Below, piece after piece: positions 28,417-38,893 of a stretch of DNA of 64,000 nucleotides. How positions within the stretch are numbered: the first letter of the stretch is position 1; the number at the start of each line of letters is the position of its first letter. The DNA is from Candidatus Woesearchaeota archaeon (lineage in GTDB: Archaea > Nanobdellota > Nanobdellia > Woesearchaeales > JAZDKJ01): NCBI GenBank assembly GCA_043803105.1, contig JAZDKJ010000006.1, forward strand, positions 352,001-416,000. Reading direction: 5' to 3'. Below the pieces are notes generated by a model. That model searched no databases, had not been told where the DNA came from, and saw only the letters and a list, made by a program, of their open reading frames with translations. Made by a program: the position numbers and the translations under genes.

Positions 28417-31270
28417 TTCTTTGCTTGACCAGTTCTGATAACTCTTTCGGCCATTTTTCAATCTCAGATTTTTTCTTTCTTAAGAATTCAATAAATCCAT
28501 CTTTAACTTCCCTTCCTTCTATCATTTCTGCCAATTGTTCCTTCTCTGTTATTGAAAGCCCCTCGATGTTCCATGCTTGCATCTTAAGGCTGTCGATTTT
28601 GTCTTCTTTTTCTGCCTCAAGTTTTTCTTCCTGCTCTATCCAAAGCTCTTCATAGCTCTTGATTTTGTTCTCTGGCTGCTTCTTTCCCTGTTTCAAAGAT
28701 ATTTTTGCCAGTACCATCTCGTGCATTCTTTTCAGGAACTCCATCCTGTCCTCGATTTTCAACAGGTCTGTGTAGCCCTGCACTATGAGGTTGAAGGCGA
28801 ACGGGCTTGGCACTGTTGTTGCGTATTGCTGGATCTTTATCTTGCCATCTTCGATTTGCTTTAGCACAATGCTTGCGCTTTTTTCGTCCATCAGGTCTTC
28901 AAGCACCTCTCTTCGTGCCTCTTCGAGTATCGGAAATCTTGGGTTTATCCTCCTTACAGCGCTTATAAGTATTGTGGATGATACTTGCTGTCTCCCCACC
29001 CTTTGCGTCCTTCCCTTATATTGCCTTAGTATCATTAATGCCCTTGTTGCGCAGTGCCTAAACCTTCTTTTCAGTACCTCGCTCGTTTCTATTGCGTTTC
29101 TTAACACCAGGTCCAGCTTTTCTGATTTCAATAGCTCAAAGGCCTTCATCACATTGACCTTCTGATTGGTCATCAGGTAGAATCCATTGTCGTTGATTCC
29201 TACTGAAACATCCCTGTGGCTAACCCTTGATACTGCAAATCCTACCGCCCTTGATAGTGCGTCGTTTACCCTTCTCCCAAACAGGCTGTGCAGCAGGTAG
29301 TATGTTTGCTTGCCGTCGTTGTAGGTTTCCATGATTATTGACTTGTCTGTTGGTATTTCCAGGTACTCTGCCTGTTCTTTGAAATAATTGTATAATGCTT
29401 TCGCTGCTTTGCTGTCCACGTAAAGGTACTGGTTGATGAAGCCCATAACCTCTTCCTCGTTCTGCCTGGCTGAAAATTTCTCTTTGATTAATCTCCTGAA
29501 TCTGCCTATTTCTAAAGCAAGGTCAAAGCTTAATGGCAGCATCTCTGAGAACCATGATGGTATTGTTGGCGGCCTATACACTGATGTTCTCACGTACGCA
29601 ACCATGCCCTTTGCGTACAGGAACTCATATTTTTCCCCTCCCAAGACAAATACGTCTCCCTTTTTTAGCCTTTCAAGGAAAGCCTCGTCTATCTGTCCTA
29701 TTGCCTGCTCACCTATCTTCACTGTTATGTACATCTCGTCTGGTATCGTTCCTATGTTTGTCATGTAGATTACCCTGCCGAGCCTTCCTTTTTTCCCTAT
29801 CATATTGCTTTCAGGGTCATACCATATCTTTGCGTAGATGTGCCTGTCTTCGAGCGATGTGAACTTTCCCGCAAGGTATTGGAGTATATCGATGTAGTCC
29901 TTTCTTTGCAGGTCTTTGAACGGGTAGCTCTGCTTGATTATTTTGAAAAGCTCGTCAACATTCCATTTCTGCTCTAAGGCAAAACCATCTATCTGCTGTG
30001 CAAGCACGTCAAGGCAGTTTGTTGGCAGGTGTATCTTGTCAATCTTTTTCTCTATTGCGCACTTTAGCAATACTGAGCATTCCACCAGGTCGTCCCTGTC
30101 AAGCACTATTATCCTTGCCTTGACCTTGTCGTGCAGTTTGTGTCCTGACCTTCCTGCTCTCTGAAGAAATCTTGCTACTGACTTTGGCGAGCCAAGGCAG
30201 ATTACAAGGTCTATGTATCCTATGTCTATGCCAAGCTCCAGGGAGGTGCTTGACACAATGACCTTGAGCTCTCCATTTCTTAGTCTGGTTTCTATGTCAT
30301 GCCTGAGTGTTTTCGACAATGACCCATGGTGCGCTCCTATGTTTGAGGTGTACTTTTGCGGCCACCTGTCCTTGAGATGGTCGATTACTCTCTCTGTTGC
30401 CGACCTTGTGTTTGTAAATATGAGTGTTGTCCTATGGCTTTGCACCAGGTTGTCTATGAGCTCATACATTTTCTGGTGCATTACGCTGTGAGGCGTGCTT
30501 ATCAGGTCTTCAACTGGTGACATTACTTTCAGGTCCATTTCCTTTAGGAATTGCACGTCTGCTATTTTGCAGTCTCTTGGTTTATCATCCTTGAAGCCTA
30601 CCAGGAACAATGCAATCTCTTCTAATGGTGCGATTGTTGCGGAGAGGCCTATCCTTGTCATGTGCGGAGATAAGTAGTCAAGCCTTTCCAAAGACAATGA
30701 TAAATGAACACCCCTCTTGTTCTCCGCTAACGCATGTATTTCGTCTACTACACACCACTCCACTGCCTTGAGGTGGTCCCTAAACTTAGGTGAGGTCAGC
30801 ATGATGGCAAGGCTTTCAGGTGTTGTGATCAATATGTGCGGCGGCTTCCTTAGCATCTTTTGCTTTTCCGCTGTCGTTGTGTCTCCTGTCCTGACCCCTA
30901 CTCTTATCCCAAGCTTTTTTCCTGCAGCCTCTTCCATTTCTTTCAAAGGTTCCACAAGGTTGTGCTGGATGTCGTTTCCGAGTGCCTTTAGCGGGCTCAC
31001 GTAAACGCAGTAGATTTTATCCTGCAAAATTTCCTTTTGGGAGGAGTCTATTAGCTCGTTCAGAATCGATAGAAATGCTGTAAGTGTCTTTGTCGCTCCT
31101 GTCGGAGCGCTGACTAGGATGTTTGCCCTGGAGTGTATCTCCATCACCCCAAAGAGCTGCGGCAGTGAGAACTTCTCGAATTTCTTGAAGAACCATTCCT
31201 TAACGATTGGATTGAGGATTTGTTTCAGTTCTTCTTCAGTATTGGCTTTAACCTTATGCTCTATCATCAA
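28406..31270 (-). CDS. lhr: Lhr-like ATP-dependent SF2 helicase
   Basis: APTGATKT, SPLKAL, TTPESL, DEIH, LSAT, HHGSLS, SLELGID, QRAGRSGH. Confidence 0.93.
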   Translation of the reverse strand: MMIEHKVKANTEEELKQILNPIVKEWFFKKFEKFSLPQLFGVMEIHSRANILVSAPTGATKTLTAFLSILNELIDSSQKEILQDKIYCVYVSPLKALGNDIQHNLVEPLKEMEEAAGKKLGIRVGVRTGDTTTAEKQKMLRKPPHILITTPESLAIMLTSPKFRDHLKAVEWCVVDEIHALAENKRGVHLSLSLERLDYLSPHMTRIGLSATIAPLEEIALFLVGFKDDKPRDCKIADVQFLKEMDLKVMSPVEDLISTPHSVMHQKMYELIDNLVQSHRTTLIFTNTRSATERVIDHLKDRWPQKYTSNIGAHHGSLSKTLRHDIETRLRNGELKVIVSSTSLELGIDIGYIDLVICLGSPKSVARFLQRAGRSGHKLHDKVKARIIVLDRDDLVECSVLLKCAIEKKIDKIHLPTNCLDVLAQQIDGFALEQKWNVDELFKIIKQSYPFKDLQRKDYIDILQYLAGKFTSLEDRHIYAKIWYDPESNMIGKKGRLGRVIYMTNIGTIPDEMYITVKIGEQAIGQIDEAFLERLKKGDVFVLGGEKYEFLYAKGMVAYVRTSVYRPPTIPSWFSEMLPLSFDLALEIGRFRRLIKEKFSARQNEEEVMGFINQYLYVDSKAAKALYNYFKEQAEYLEIPTDKSIIMETYNDGKQTYYLLHSLFGRRVNDALSRAVGFAVSRVSHRDVSVGINDNGFYLMTNQKVNVMKAFELLKSEKLDLVLRNAIETSEVLKRRFRHCATRALMILRQYKGRTQRVGRQQVSSTILISAVRRINPRFPILEEARREVLEDLMDEKSASIVLKQIEDGKIKIQQYATTVPSPFAFNLIVQGYTDLLKIEDRMEFLKRMHEMVLAKISLKQGKKQPENKIKSYEELWIEQEEKLEAEKEDKIDSLKMQAWNIEGLSITEKEQLAEMIEGREVKDGFIEFLRKKKSEIEKWPKELSELVKQRINH

Positions 31271-31379
31271 ATACTCAAGAAATTCTGTTGTTTAAAAAGG
31301 TTGGTTTCAATTGGTAATCCACAAACTGACTCAAAGTTATGAAAACTTATATATACTGATCATTTGATATAACAAAACC

Positions 31380-31631
31380 ATGAAGAAGGCAATAATCATT
31401 TCAATAATGCTGTTGGTAATGCTGGTTGCCGGATGCAAAGAAAAAACATTAGAAACTGGACCTGAAACACCTTGCACAACTGACAATGACTGCTGGTGTA
31501 GGTCTTATACCGGCCTAGGTTTTATAGCAGGGAAGGGTCCAAGCAGATGTTGCACAGAAGAACTACAAGAAAATATGAACCAAAAAATCTGTCCTGCTGT
31601 CAACAAATGCAAGCGATGTTTATATCAATAA
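31380..31631 (+). CDS. Small Cys-rich lipoprotein
   Basis: LVAGC lipobox; eight further Cys. Confidence 0.65.
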   Translation: MKKAIIISIMLLVMLVAGCKEKTLETGPETPCTTDNDCWCRSYTGLGFIAGKGPSRCCTEELQENMNQKICPAVNKCKRCLYQ

Positions 31632-31650
31632 TGCTCCTTGGCATCACTTT

Positions 31651-32613
31651 TCACACCAACTCACTTTGCAGTATATTTAACAGATACCCAGTAAAGATTA
31701 TTGCCAGAGTTGTTATTCCAAAAAATATTCCTATCAATTTTAGATTCATAGCCCTTCTAAGCATGATTGCTTCAGGCAGGCTTAAGGCAGCTACCGCCAT
31801 CATGAAAGCCAATGCAGTCCCCAAAGGGATTCCTTTTTGGAAGAGCACCACTGCAATCGGGACGATTGCTGCACAGCTGCCATACATTGGAACTCCTATC
31901 AACGTGGCTATTGGTACTGAAAAAATGCCTCCCTTGCTTATCAATCCTTGAATCAATTCAGAAGGCACATAGTTGTGGATTGCCGCTCCGACCCCTACTC
32001 CAACCAGCACCCATATCCATAATTTCTTGGCAATTGATACGGATTCATTGAACCCGAATTGCACTCTTTTTTTGATAGAATCATAATTAATTTCTTTGAT
32101 ATGTTTAGAGTTTGTAGATATAAGATCTTTAACAAGATGTTTGTCCAATTTCATGCCGCCAAGTATTAATCCGGATACAACTCCTATCAGAATGCCGCTT
32201 AATACATATGCCATAGTGATTTTCCATCCAAAGAACCCGAGCATTAGGACTACCAAATATTCGTTTATCAGTGGGGAAGTTATTAAGAAGGAAAAAGTCA
32301 CTCCTAAAGGGATTCCTGCCTCAAGAAAACTTATGAAAATGGGAATTGAAGAGCATGAACAGAAAGGTGTTATAGCCCCAAACAATGAAGCCAGTACGTT
32401 TCCGATGCCTTTTTTCTTTCCGCTTAGCCATTGCTTGACTTTATTTTGGGGAATGTATGTTCTGATGAAGCCTATTGCAAGGATCATGAAGAACAGAAGG
32501 AAGAGTATTTTGATAGAATCATAAACAAAATAATTAATGGATTGGATCAGCCTTGAAGAAGAATCAAGTCCTAAAAGGTTGTACAGGATCCAATCAACAA
32601 TCACTTGCAGCAT
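31651..32613 (-). CDS. ArsP/DUF318 family permease
   Basis: [27 protein letters not shown]. Confidence 0.88.
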   Translation of the reverse strand: MLQVIVDWILYNLLGLDSSSRLIQSINYFVYDSIKILFLLFFMILAIGFIRTYIPQNKVKQWLSGKKKGIGNVLASLFGAITPFCSCSSIPIFISFLEAGIPLGVTFSFLITSPLINEYLVVLMLGFFGWKITMAYVLSGILIGVVSGLILGGMKLDKHLVKDLISTNSKHIKEINYDSIKKRVQFGFNESVSIAKKLWIWVLVGVGVGAAIHNYVPSELIQGLISKGGIFSVPIATLIGVPMYGSCAAIVPIAVVLFQKGIPLGTALAFMMAVAALSLPEAIMLRRAMNLKLIGIFFGITTLAIIFTGYLLNILQSELV

Positions 32614-32714
32614 GAGTCATCGCAGCAGCATTTTTTCTCTTTGGATTTCTTTTTGAGTTTCTTGTCCATTTTATCAATAATTTTTCCAATAAAATTCTTC
32701 TTCTTTTCGGTCAT
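32601..32714 (-). CDS. 37-aa Lys-rich peptide with Cys-rich tail, not in ORF track
   Basis: [37 protein letters not shown]; SD AGGTGA; between arsR and permease. Confidence 0.65.
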   Translation of the reverse strand: MTEKKKNFIGKIIDKMDKKLKKKSKEKKCCCDDSCCK

Positions 32715-32723
32715 GTTTATCAC

Positions 32724-33011
32724 CTAGCATACAGTTTTCGTGGTTTTATTCTTGCCAATTCCCAGCAATTTGCAGATAGAGTATACCCTCTTGTCCTTAA
32801 TTGAGTAGAAAATATTCCTGCCTTTTCTTCTGGATTTCAGGATATTTTCTTTTTCCAGGTCATTCAAGTGTGTTGAGACTGTTGATTGCGCTCTCCCTGT
32901 AACCGAAATAAACTCGCATGAGCACACTTCGCCCTTAAGGAGATGCCTTATTATCTTGAGTTTTGTCTCATCACCCAAGATTCTCAAGAATACAGCACTT
33001 TCCTTTAGCAT
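32724..33011 (-). CDS. arsR: ArsR/SmtB family regulator
   Basis: LGDETKLKII..L..GEVCSCE...QSTVSTHL..L...R.GR.IFY; start moved to ATG 33011. Confidence 0.88.
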   Translation of the reverse strand: MLKESAVFLRILGDETKLKIIRHLLKGEVCSCEFISVTGRAQSTVSTHLNDLEKENILKSRRKGRNIFYSIKDKRVYSICKLLGIGKNKTTKTVC

Positions 33012-33160
33012 AAATATCGATAAATGTAGATATATAAATAATTTTCGGATGGACAGCACTTATGTTCCCTCTCAGGTTCCTTTTATAAACTGAAGTCGCC
33101 CCGAATGTAAGAACGGACAGAACAATAATCTTTATATATCACTTTAGAGTTACTATTGGA

Positions 33161-33412
33161 ATGCAGCACCAAGTTAACGTGTTTTATGATCCGAAAACAA
33201 TGGATATAGGTTTGTTGCAGAAGTTTTACTCAGCGTACGGTCTCGCTTCCCCGTCAGAAGACGCGTTAAGATTTCCTCTGTTTCGCCGCAACGGCGATGG
33301 ATTGGAAACAGCCCTGGCAAAATATGAGTTCTTGACAAAGGCTCAAGCTATGGAATTGATAAGTGCTGTTAGTGATTTCAAGAATATCCAAACAGAGATG
33401 TCTGACCTTTAG
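33161..33412 (+). CDS. Hypothetical protein
   Basis: ORF preceded by TTTATATA. Confidence 0.5.
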   Translation: MQHQVNVFYDPKTMDIGLLQKFYSAYGLASPSEDALRFPLFRRNGDGLETALAKYEFLTKAQAMELISAVSDFKNIQTEMSDL

Positions 33413-33493
33413 TGCTTCACCTAATTTTATATTGTAATTCTTCACCAATTTCTCATATAACTGTCTCTTGTATGAGCTTTATAGAATTCCAAC

Positions 33494-34039
33494 TTATTTC
33501 TTCCTTACCTTTTCCGGATTCAACTTCTTGTATCCCATCCATATAAGTATTGCCAGAGTCAAGCCTAAAATTATGACCCTGAGATAGTTTGAGGCATTGC
33601 TCCAGTACCTTATGATGCCATATATTATTGATATTACTCCTCCACCCATCAGCCCTGAGGAAACGCTCTCAAGCTTGAGGATAAATCCTCCTAAGGCCAC
33701 TGCTATTAACCCTAATATTGTTGCTGCAATGAATACATTTTTTGTATAGCCTTTGTCTGCATCCTCGTATTGTTTTTGACATTTTGAATACATGTCGCAA
33801 AAACCCTGTGGGCACTCAATTACTCCAGGTTCGCACTTCTGCTTACTTGGATATGGGTTCCAAACCCCTCCTGTTGCATTGCAGGCTGCCTCAGTCATTG
33901 TTGGTGGTGTTGCAACATTCTTGCAATAGTCATTATATTCTGGTCCTGGTTTGACAGCATGAATTGAGAATCCTACGAAAAGCGCAAGCACGATCGCTAT
34001 CGCGACCCCAAGGATTGTTTGCTTGACTTTGGATACCAT
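33494..34039 (-). CDS. Four-TM membrane protein with Cys-rich loop
   Basis: TM, P.PEY.DYC...C...GG.W loop, three TMs. Confidence 0.7.
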   Translation of the reverse strand: MVSKVKQTILGVAIAIVLALFVGFSIHAVKPGPEYNDYCKNVATPPTMTEAACNATGGVWNPYPSKQKCEPGVIECPQGFCDMYSKCQKQYEDADKGYTKNVFIAATILGLIAVALGGFILKLESVSSGLMGGGVISIIYGIIRYWSNASNYLRVIILGLTLAILIWMGYKKLNPEKVRKK

Positions 34040-34128
34040 ACATCTGCCTAAGGTTGCCTATTATTTAAATTTATTGATTTGAGGCAGTTATGTAGGTAAT
34101 CAAAGAATCTTGTTTCCATGAATTGCCC

Positions 34129-34875
34129 CTACCTTTTAGTCCTGTAAAAACATGCGTGGTCAAAATCCCCTGGCACGATCTTTGCTGTATGGTCAGTAGC
34201 CACTTGAAGAAAAAACATCTTCCTGAATGCGTCTGAATGACTGCCTTTTTCATTGTGTCTGCCGATTCTGACAGACCATTCCTGTTTGTTATCTTCATAT
34301 TTGTGGTACAGCTGGTCAAGTTTTTCCATATAATGCAAGAATACTTGCTTAATCTCTTGACCGTTTTTGAAAGCCTTGAAGTCTTCTCTTGGGCGTATAT
34401 CCCTTACCAGGTAGCGTCCTCCTTCAGTAAGGTTGGGCATGATCATAAAGGTTCCGTGAGTGCTCGGGTACCATTGGGCTTTACCCTCTTTGTTCTTTAA
34501 GCACCCAGAAATTGCGGGTATATCAAACCCAAATTCTTGATATAGGAAGGTCATCATATCGTGCTGCTTTGGCGTATAGTTCGGCGACAAGTGCATCACA
34601 TAATATTTCTTGAACTTGAAATGGTTGGCCGCTTTCGCCACCCAGCGATCATCAAGCTTGATAACCAACTGTCCCTCACCGCGATTTAAGTATCGCCTTG
34701 AGTCAGTGCGGAGGTAGAACTCATCGCTTAGAAAGTCTTCAATGAGGTCAGTTGTGTCGCACCCGCATGCCGCGCACCATTCTGCATGAAACTTTCTTCT
34801 GGCAGCAACTATTTCTTCAGTCCTGTTCTGCGCTATTATCTCTTCGAGTTTTCCTATTTGTTCTGTAAAGGGCAT
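34129..34875 (-). CDS. Hypothetical protein (possible degenerate kinase-like fold)
   Basis: GEG..VIK...WVAK and C-terminal GDFD. Confidence 0.5.
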   Translation of the reverse strand: MPFTEQIGKLEEIIAQNRTEEIVAARRKFHAEWCAACGCDTTDLIEDFLSDEFYLRTDSRRYLNRGEGQLVIKLDDRWVAKAANHFKFKKYYVMHLSPNYTPKQHDMMTFLYQEFGFDIPAISGCLKNKEGKAQWYPSTHGTFMIMPNLTEGGRYLVRDIRPREDFKAFKNGQEIKQVFLHYMEKLDQLYHKYEDNKQEWSVRIGRHNEKGSHSDAFRKMFFLQVATDHTAKIVPGDFDHACFYRTKR

Positions 34876-34978
34876 TAGTAGGTGCAGTTGCTTCTGGATT
34901 CTTAAGATTAATGGCTGCTAGCGCCTCACTCCTGATCCATCTGAAAGGATTAAATACTTGGAAAACAATCTGTGCCCT

Positions 34979-35353
34979 GTGAAACCATTCATTATCATCT
35001 TACTGATTATATTCTTGCCCATTCTGGCCTGCTCTCAACAGCAAGGCATCATTCAAGGTAAGGTTAGCATCGGCCCTTTGTGCCCTGTTGAGAGAAATCC
35101 TCCTGACCCAAATTGTCAGCCTACTCTTGAGACCTTTCGCAATTGGCCTATTGGGGTTTATTCAGAAAACACAAAGGTAGGTGATATCATGCCTGATTCA
35201 AGCGGTACATACACTCTTGATTTGAACCCTGGTGTCTACACAGTCAAGCTTGAGCTAAACCAGGGCATAGGTCGCAACCTGCCGATGGAAATTGTTGTGA
35301 AATCTGGCGAGACAACATCCCTTGATGTGAATATCGATACTGGCATCAGATGA
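34979..35353 (+). CDS. Secreted/lipoprotein with transthyretin-like beta-sandwich
   Basis: ILAC lipobox, IGPLCPVER, G.Y...L.PG.Y.V. Confidence 0.65.
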   Translation: MKPFIIILLIIFLPILACSQQQGIIQGKVSIGPLCPVERNPPDPNCQPTLETFRNWPIGVYSENTKVGDIMPDSSGTYTLDLNPGVYTVKLELNQGIGRNLPMEIVVKSGETTSLDVNIDTGIR

Positions 35354-35414
35354 ATTTACACTATTTCTTTTCCATATGGAAAACTATTTAAATGCCCGAC
35401 CCTGACCAAACCAC

Positions 35415-35732
35415 ATGCCCCGAGGTCGTCCTGTTTATAGTGAAGTCCGCCAGAACATGGTTGAGATTCTTGCAGCCCTAAAAAAAGGGTGCGGTTATGA
35501 CATCTATAGAGTGTACCGCAATATCTATCCCAAGATTACTCTGCGCCTTGTTTACTACCATTTGAAGAAGGGCGTTGTTCTGGGTGAGTTCAAGGTCCAC
35601 ACTGTTGTATCTGAAAAGGGTGATTACAGCTGGGGTCCAGAAGCTCAGAAGATTTATTATTCGCTTGGGGAAAAAGCCACTCCTAAAGGAGATCCCAGAG
35701 TGACCAAATATATAGACAGAAAAACAAAGTAA
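35415..35732 (+). CDS. Winged-helix-like conserved protein
   Basis: MPRGRP..RQNMVEIL..GYDIY..Y...TLRLVYYHL.KG..YSWG. Confidence 0.7.
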   Translation: MPRGRPVYSEVRQNMVEILAALKKGCGYDIYRVYRNIYPKITLRLVYYHLKKGVVLGEFKVHTVVSEKGDYSWGPEAQKIYYSLGEKATPKGDPRVTKYIDRKTK

Positions 35733-35999
35733 CTATCTTTTCTTTGCGCTTAAAGAGGTTAGCTTATGCACAACCTGTTTCAGGCTCTCTATGTCCTTTC
35801 TCACTTCAACCAAGTCAAAGAACTTGATGTATTTCAGGTAAGGAAGGAGCATTAAGACAAAGATTAAGCTGACCATGAAGAATGCGAACTTGTCTGTCTT
35901 CAGTGGCATAACATCAAATACGTGAAGGATCATCAGAACATAAAGCGTGAAAACGAGCAAGATAAACGGCAGCGGGTTCTTGGCTATCTTGTCTTCCAT
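35733..35999 (-). CDS. Small two-TM membrane protein
   Basis: Two hydrophobic segments. Confidence 0.6.
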   Translation of the reverse strand: MEDKIAKNPLPFILLVFTLYVLMILHVFDVMPLKTDKFAFFMVSLIFVLMLLPYLKYIKFFDLVEVRKDIESLKQVVHKLTSLSAKKR

Positions 36000-36034
36000 G
36001 GTATTGCCCCCTCTTTGGAACTTTATAATTGTTT

Positions 36035-36271
36035 CTATTTGTGCATCCCTTCAATCATTTTCTTCTCAAGAAATCTTGACATGTTGATGTTCTTCTCTGT
36101 GCAATACGCCTTGAACCTTCTAAGTACATTCTCGTCAATCGTTATATTGAGCCTCTTCCTCCTGTAAAGTTTTGGAAGTTTTTTGGTTCTCTCATACTCC
36201 AGGAGACTCTCAAATACTTCGGGATATTTGCGTATTATTTCCAGTCCTTTTGCTACTTCCCGTTTTCCCAT
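36035..36271 (-). CDS. Ribbon-helix-helix DNA-binding protein
   Basis: KRLNITIDENVLRRFKAYC...NMSRFLE. Confidence 0.7.
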   Translation of the reverse strand: MGKREVAKGLEIIRKYPEVFESLLEYERTKKLPKLYRRKRLNITIDENVLRRFKAYCTEKNINMSRFLEKKMIEGMHK

Positions 36272-36327
36272 TTGACTGTTGGCTTCATACGTACATATAC
36301 GTATAAATATTTAAGCCTTATGATTTA

Positions 36328-37011
36328 TTATTTAATCCGCTTAAAGAACCCAAAGAGCGCAAAAGCCTCTCTTTTGGTTAGGAAGCTCTTATTAAGAATT
36401 CGTTTCCATACCTTTCTCTGTGTTTCCTTTTTTTCTTTTGTAGGGAATTTCATCTTGCCGAGCACCTTGTCCACAAGCTTTAGCAGCAAGTCCTTTTCTT
36501 TCTTTGTTGCCAGCACAAATTTTTCTTCAGTCTGCTTTTCTGATTCCGCCCTTCTTAGTTCATAAAGCAATATTGCCACTGCGTGGCTTATGTTTAGTGT
36601 CGGATGCTTAGAGGCAGTTGGTATGTGCACAATGAAATCACAGTCCTGCACTTCTTTGTTTGTCAGCCCTATTCCTTCTCTCCCGAACAGTAGCGCAATC
36701 CTTGTCTTGCGCGGAATTACGCTTGCGAGTTGTCTCGGTGTTATCGGGCTCCTTGGAAGGTTGTAGTCAGTACCCAATCGTGCAGTTGTTCCAATGATAT
36801 AGTCATATTCCTTCAGAAGTCTCTTTTTCCCAATAATTGCGTTAGCCAATATCCTGTTTCCGAACTTTGAGCGCGCAATCGCCTCAGAACTTTTGATGTC
36901 GCACTTTGGGTCAATCAGAACAAGTCTTCCATATCTAAAATTGTGTAAAACCCTTGCTATCGCTCCAACATTGCCTGCGTTCTCCGGCTGCATAAGCACA
37001 ATGTCTATCAT
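36328..37011 (-). CDS. trmJ: TrmJ/SpoU family RNA methyltransferase
   Basis: PENAGNVGAIAR, LFGREGIGLTN.E, LNISHAVAILLYE; start moved to ATG 37011. Confidence 0.9.
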   Translation of the reverse strand: MIDIVLMQPENAGNVGAIARVLHNFRYGRLVLIDPKCDIKSSEAIARSKFGNRILANAIIGKKRLLKEYDYIIGTTARLGTDYNLPRSPITPRQLASVIPRKTRIALLFGREGIGLTNKEVQDCDFIVHIPTASKHPTLNISHAVAILLYELRRAESEKQTEEKFVLATKKEKDLLLKLVDKVLGKMKFPTKEKKETQRKVWKRILNKSFLTKREAFALFGFFKRIK

Positions 37012-37049
37012 GCTAACAATGGATTGTATGGCGAATTTAAAGCTTTTTG

Positions 37050-38234
37050 TTATCTTGTGAATCCAAAGAAGACATTGACTAAGATAAGCGTAATGAAAAA
37101 TGCGCTGATAAGCATCCAATAGAATCTTGCCTTTTTCTGGTCGAAGTATTTCTCAAGGGTTGTGAGCATCATTCTGCCTCCATCCACCGGTCCTAAAGGC
37201 AGCAGGTTGAACAGCCCTATTCCAACACTTAGAAGGTAAAGCCAATAAAGTAATCCTAGCAACCAGACTATTGCCTCAGGTAGGAACCCCCCTATAGAGT
37301 TCTGCACTCCTGGCTTCAGTATGCTGTTCTGTCGGACGAATATCCCGAGGTATGGGGCGCTAAGGTTTGATGGGTTTGCTGCCAAGATCATATCATATCC
37401 TGTTTTATTGGTTGTGATATGCAGGTTCTCACCAGGTGTTTTCATCTTGAGTGCCTGCACAAAGCTTTCAATATCTGTGATGGAGTTATTATCAAGTCCT
37501 GTAACTATCTCCCCTGGCTTTATCCCTGATGTCTCTGCAGGGAATTTGGCTGTTGAGTTGATGAAGCCAGTTACCTGAACCCCGTTGTATTGGTATAATG
37601 CCCCAGTTATCGGACCGGCAAACGCGAAAAGCAGCAACAGCGCAATTGCCCCTAGTATAATGTTCGAAAATGGGCCTGCTGCAAAGACCGATAGTTGCTG
37701 CTTGACTTTTCTTTTTGACACCTCTTTTTCATCTGGCTCAACAAAGGCCGCTGGTAGTATAGGAATAATAATTCCGAGAAATGCGATTCCGCTGGATTTT
37801 ATCTTCATCTTGTATGCCCTGGCGATTAGCCCATGTGAGAATTCGTGCACTGCTGCGATGATCATGATTGAGATAATCCAGTAAAAGAACGGCACATAAA
37901 ATGTTCCCGGTACCTTTACAGGAAGCACGAGCTGTACCCCAGGCAATGCGGTTGGGTTGGTCAGAAGTTTTACCAGGTTTTGCACCAGCGCAAACGCTAT
38001 AAGTGCCATCCCAAGAAAACCGATAAAAATGCCTGCTGTTGCAAGCCATTTCAGCAGTTTTGGCAACCTGGATGCCCAGCTGTCCATTGCTTTTAAGCCT
38101 ACTTTGGAACGGTACATCAGCACGTACAGCACTGGGAAGAAGATTTTCTGCAACCTTAGCCTGTCTCTCCTTGCGTACAAGAAAACTCCCAAAAGAACAA
38201 CAAAGAGAATGGCACTTGTTGTCTGGAAATCCAT
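37050..38234 (-). CDS. Site-2 protease (M50) with PDZ domain
   Basis: HEFSH, AFVEPD, AGPFSN, NLLPLGPVDGG. Confidence 0.92.
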   Translation of the reverse strand: MDFQTTSAILFVVLLGVFLYARRDRLRLQKIFFPVLYVLMYRSKVGLKAMDSWASRLPKLLKWLATAGIFIGFLGMALIAFALVQNLVKLLTNPTALPGVQLVLPVKVPGTFYVPFFYWIISIMIIAAVHEFSHGLIARAYKMKIKSSGIAFLGIIIPILPAAFVEPDEKEVSKRKVKQQLSVFAAGPFSNIILGAIALLLLFAFAGPITGALYQYNGVQVTGFINSTAKFPAETSGIKPGEIVTGLDNNSITDIESFVQALKMKTPGENLHITTNKTGYDMILAANPSNLSAPYLGIFVRQNSILKPGVQNSIGGFLPEAIVWLLGLLYWLYLLSVGIGLFNLLPLGPVDGGRMMLTTLEKYFDQKKARFYWMLISAFFITLILVNVFFGFTR

Positions 38235-38236
38235 TT

Positions 38237-38398
38237 TTACTTCTTTCTAACAGGCCTAAGTGCTTTGCTCCCGCACTTTCTGCAGCTGATCCTTTTTTGG
38301 ATCACTGCCATTGAAGGTGCTTTCACAACAGTCTTGCACTTTCTGCAGACAAAATGATTTTTGAACATTCGCGCTTCTGCTTCTGGGAATTTAACCAT
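38237..38398 (-). CDS. rpl40e: 50S ribosomal protein L40e, not in ORF track
   Basis: MVKFPEAEAR..VCRKC...CRKCGSKALRPVRKK. Confidence 0.9.
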   Translation of the reverse strand: MVKFPEAEARMFKNHFVCRKCKTVVKAPSMAVIQKRISCRKCGSKALRPVRKK

Positions 38399-38407
38399 TT
38401 CTCACAC

Positions 38408-38809
38408 CTAATCAGGTTTAATCTGTTTCATTATCTTGTCATTCAGCACTACCCAATACAAGATAATTTTTCCTTCCTTTAATTCTGCTTTCAATTCATC
38501 TGGAATCTTTAGGTCAAAGGTCTCGTATGTCTGGCTGTCCATCACGTTTGCCATTTCTCCGGTTATTGATAGCACTTGTGCGTCTCTTTTCTCGATTATG
38601 GGGACTTCCACAGTGTCGTGTCCTGGCATGACCACTTCCCTTTTCTTGTCATCGATCATGCCTATGCCCACAATCCTGACCTTTGCGTGTCCGTGCTTTC
38701 CAGGTCTTGATATTTGTAGGTCACTTACAACGCAAGCTGCTCCGTCCATTACTAGGTAGCTTCCTTTCTTGAGGGTACCTGCACTTGCGTTTTTTGTCTC
38801 TCCCATCAA
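38408..38809 (-). CDS. eif5a: Translation factor aIF5A
   Basis: SRPGKHGHAK hypusine motif. Confidence 0.96.
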   Translation of the reverse strand: MMGETKNASAGTLKKGSYLVMDGAACVVSDLQISRPGKHGHAKVRIVGIGMIDDKKREVVMPGHDTVEVPIIEKRDAQVLSITGEMANVMDSQTYETFDLKIPDELKAELKEGKIILYWVVLNDKIMKQIKPD

Positions 38810-38893
38810 ATCACCGTGATTATCAGAGACTATAGGCTATTTATAAAGGTTATGGTGGCATGCTGCCTTAGACAATTAGTTTTTTAAGGCGCA

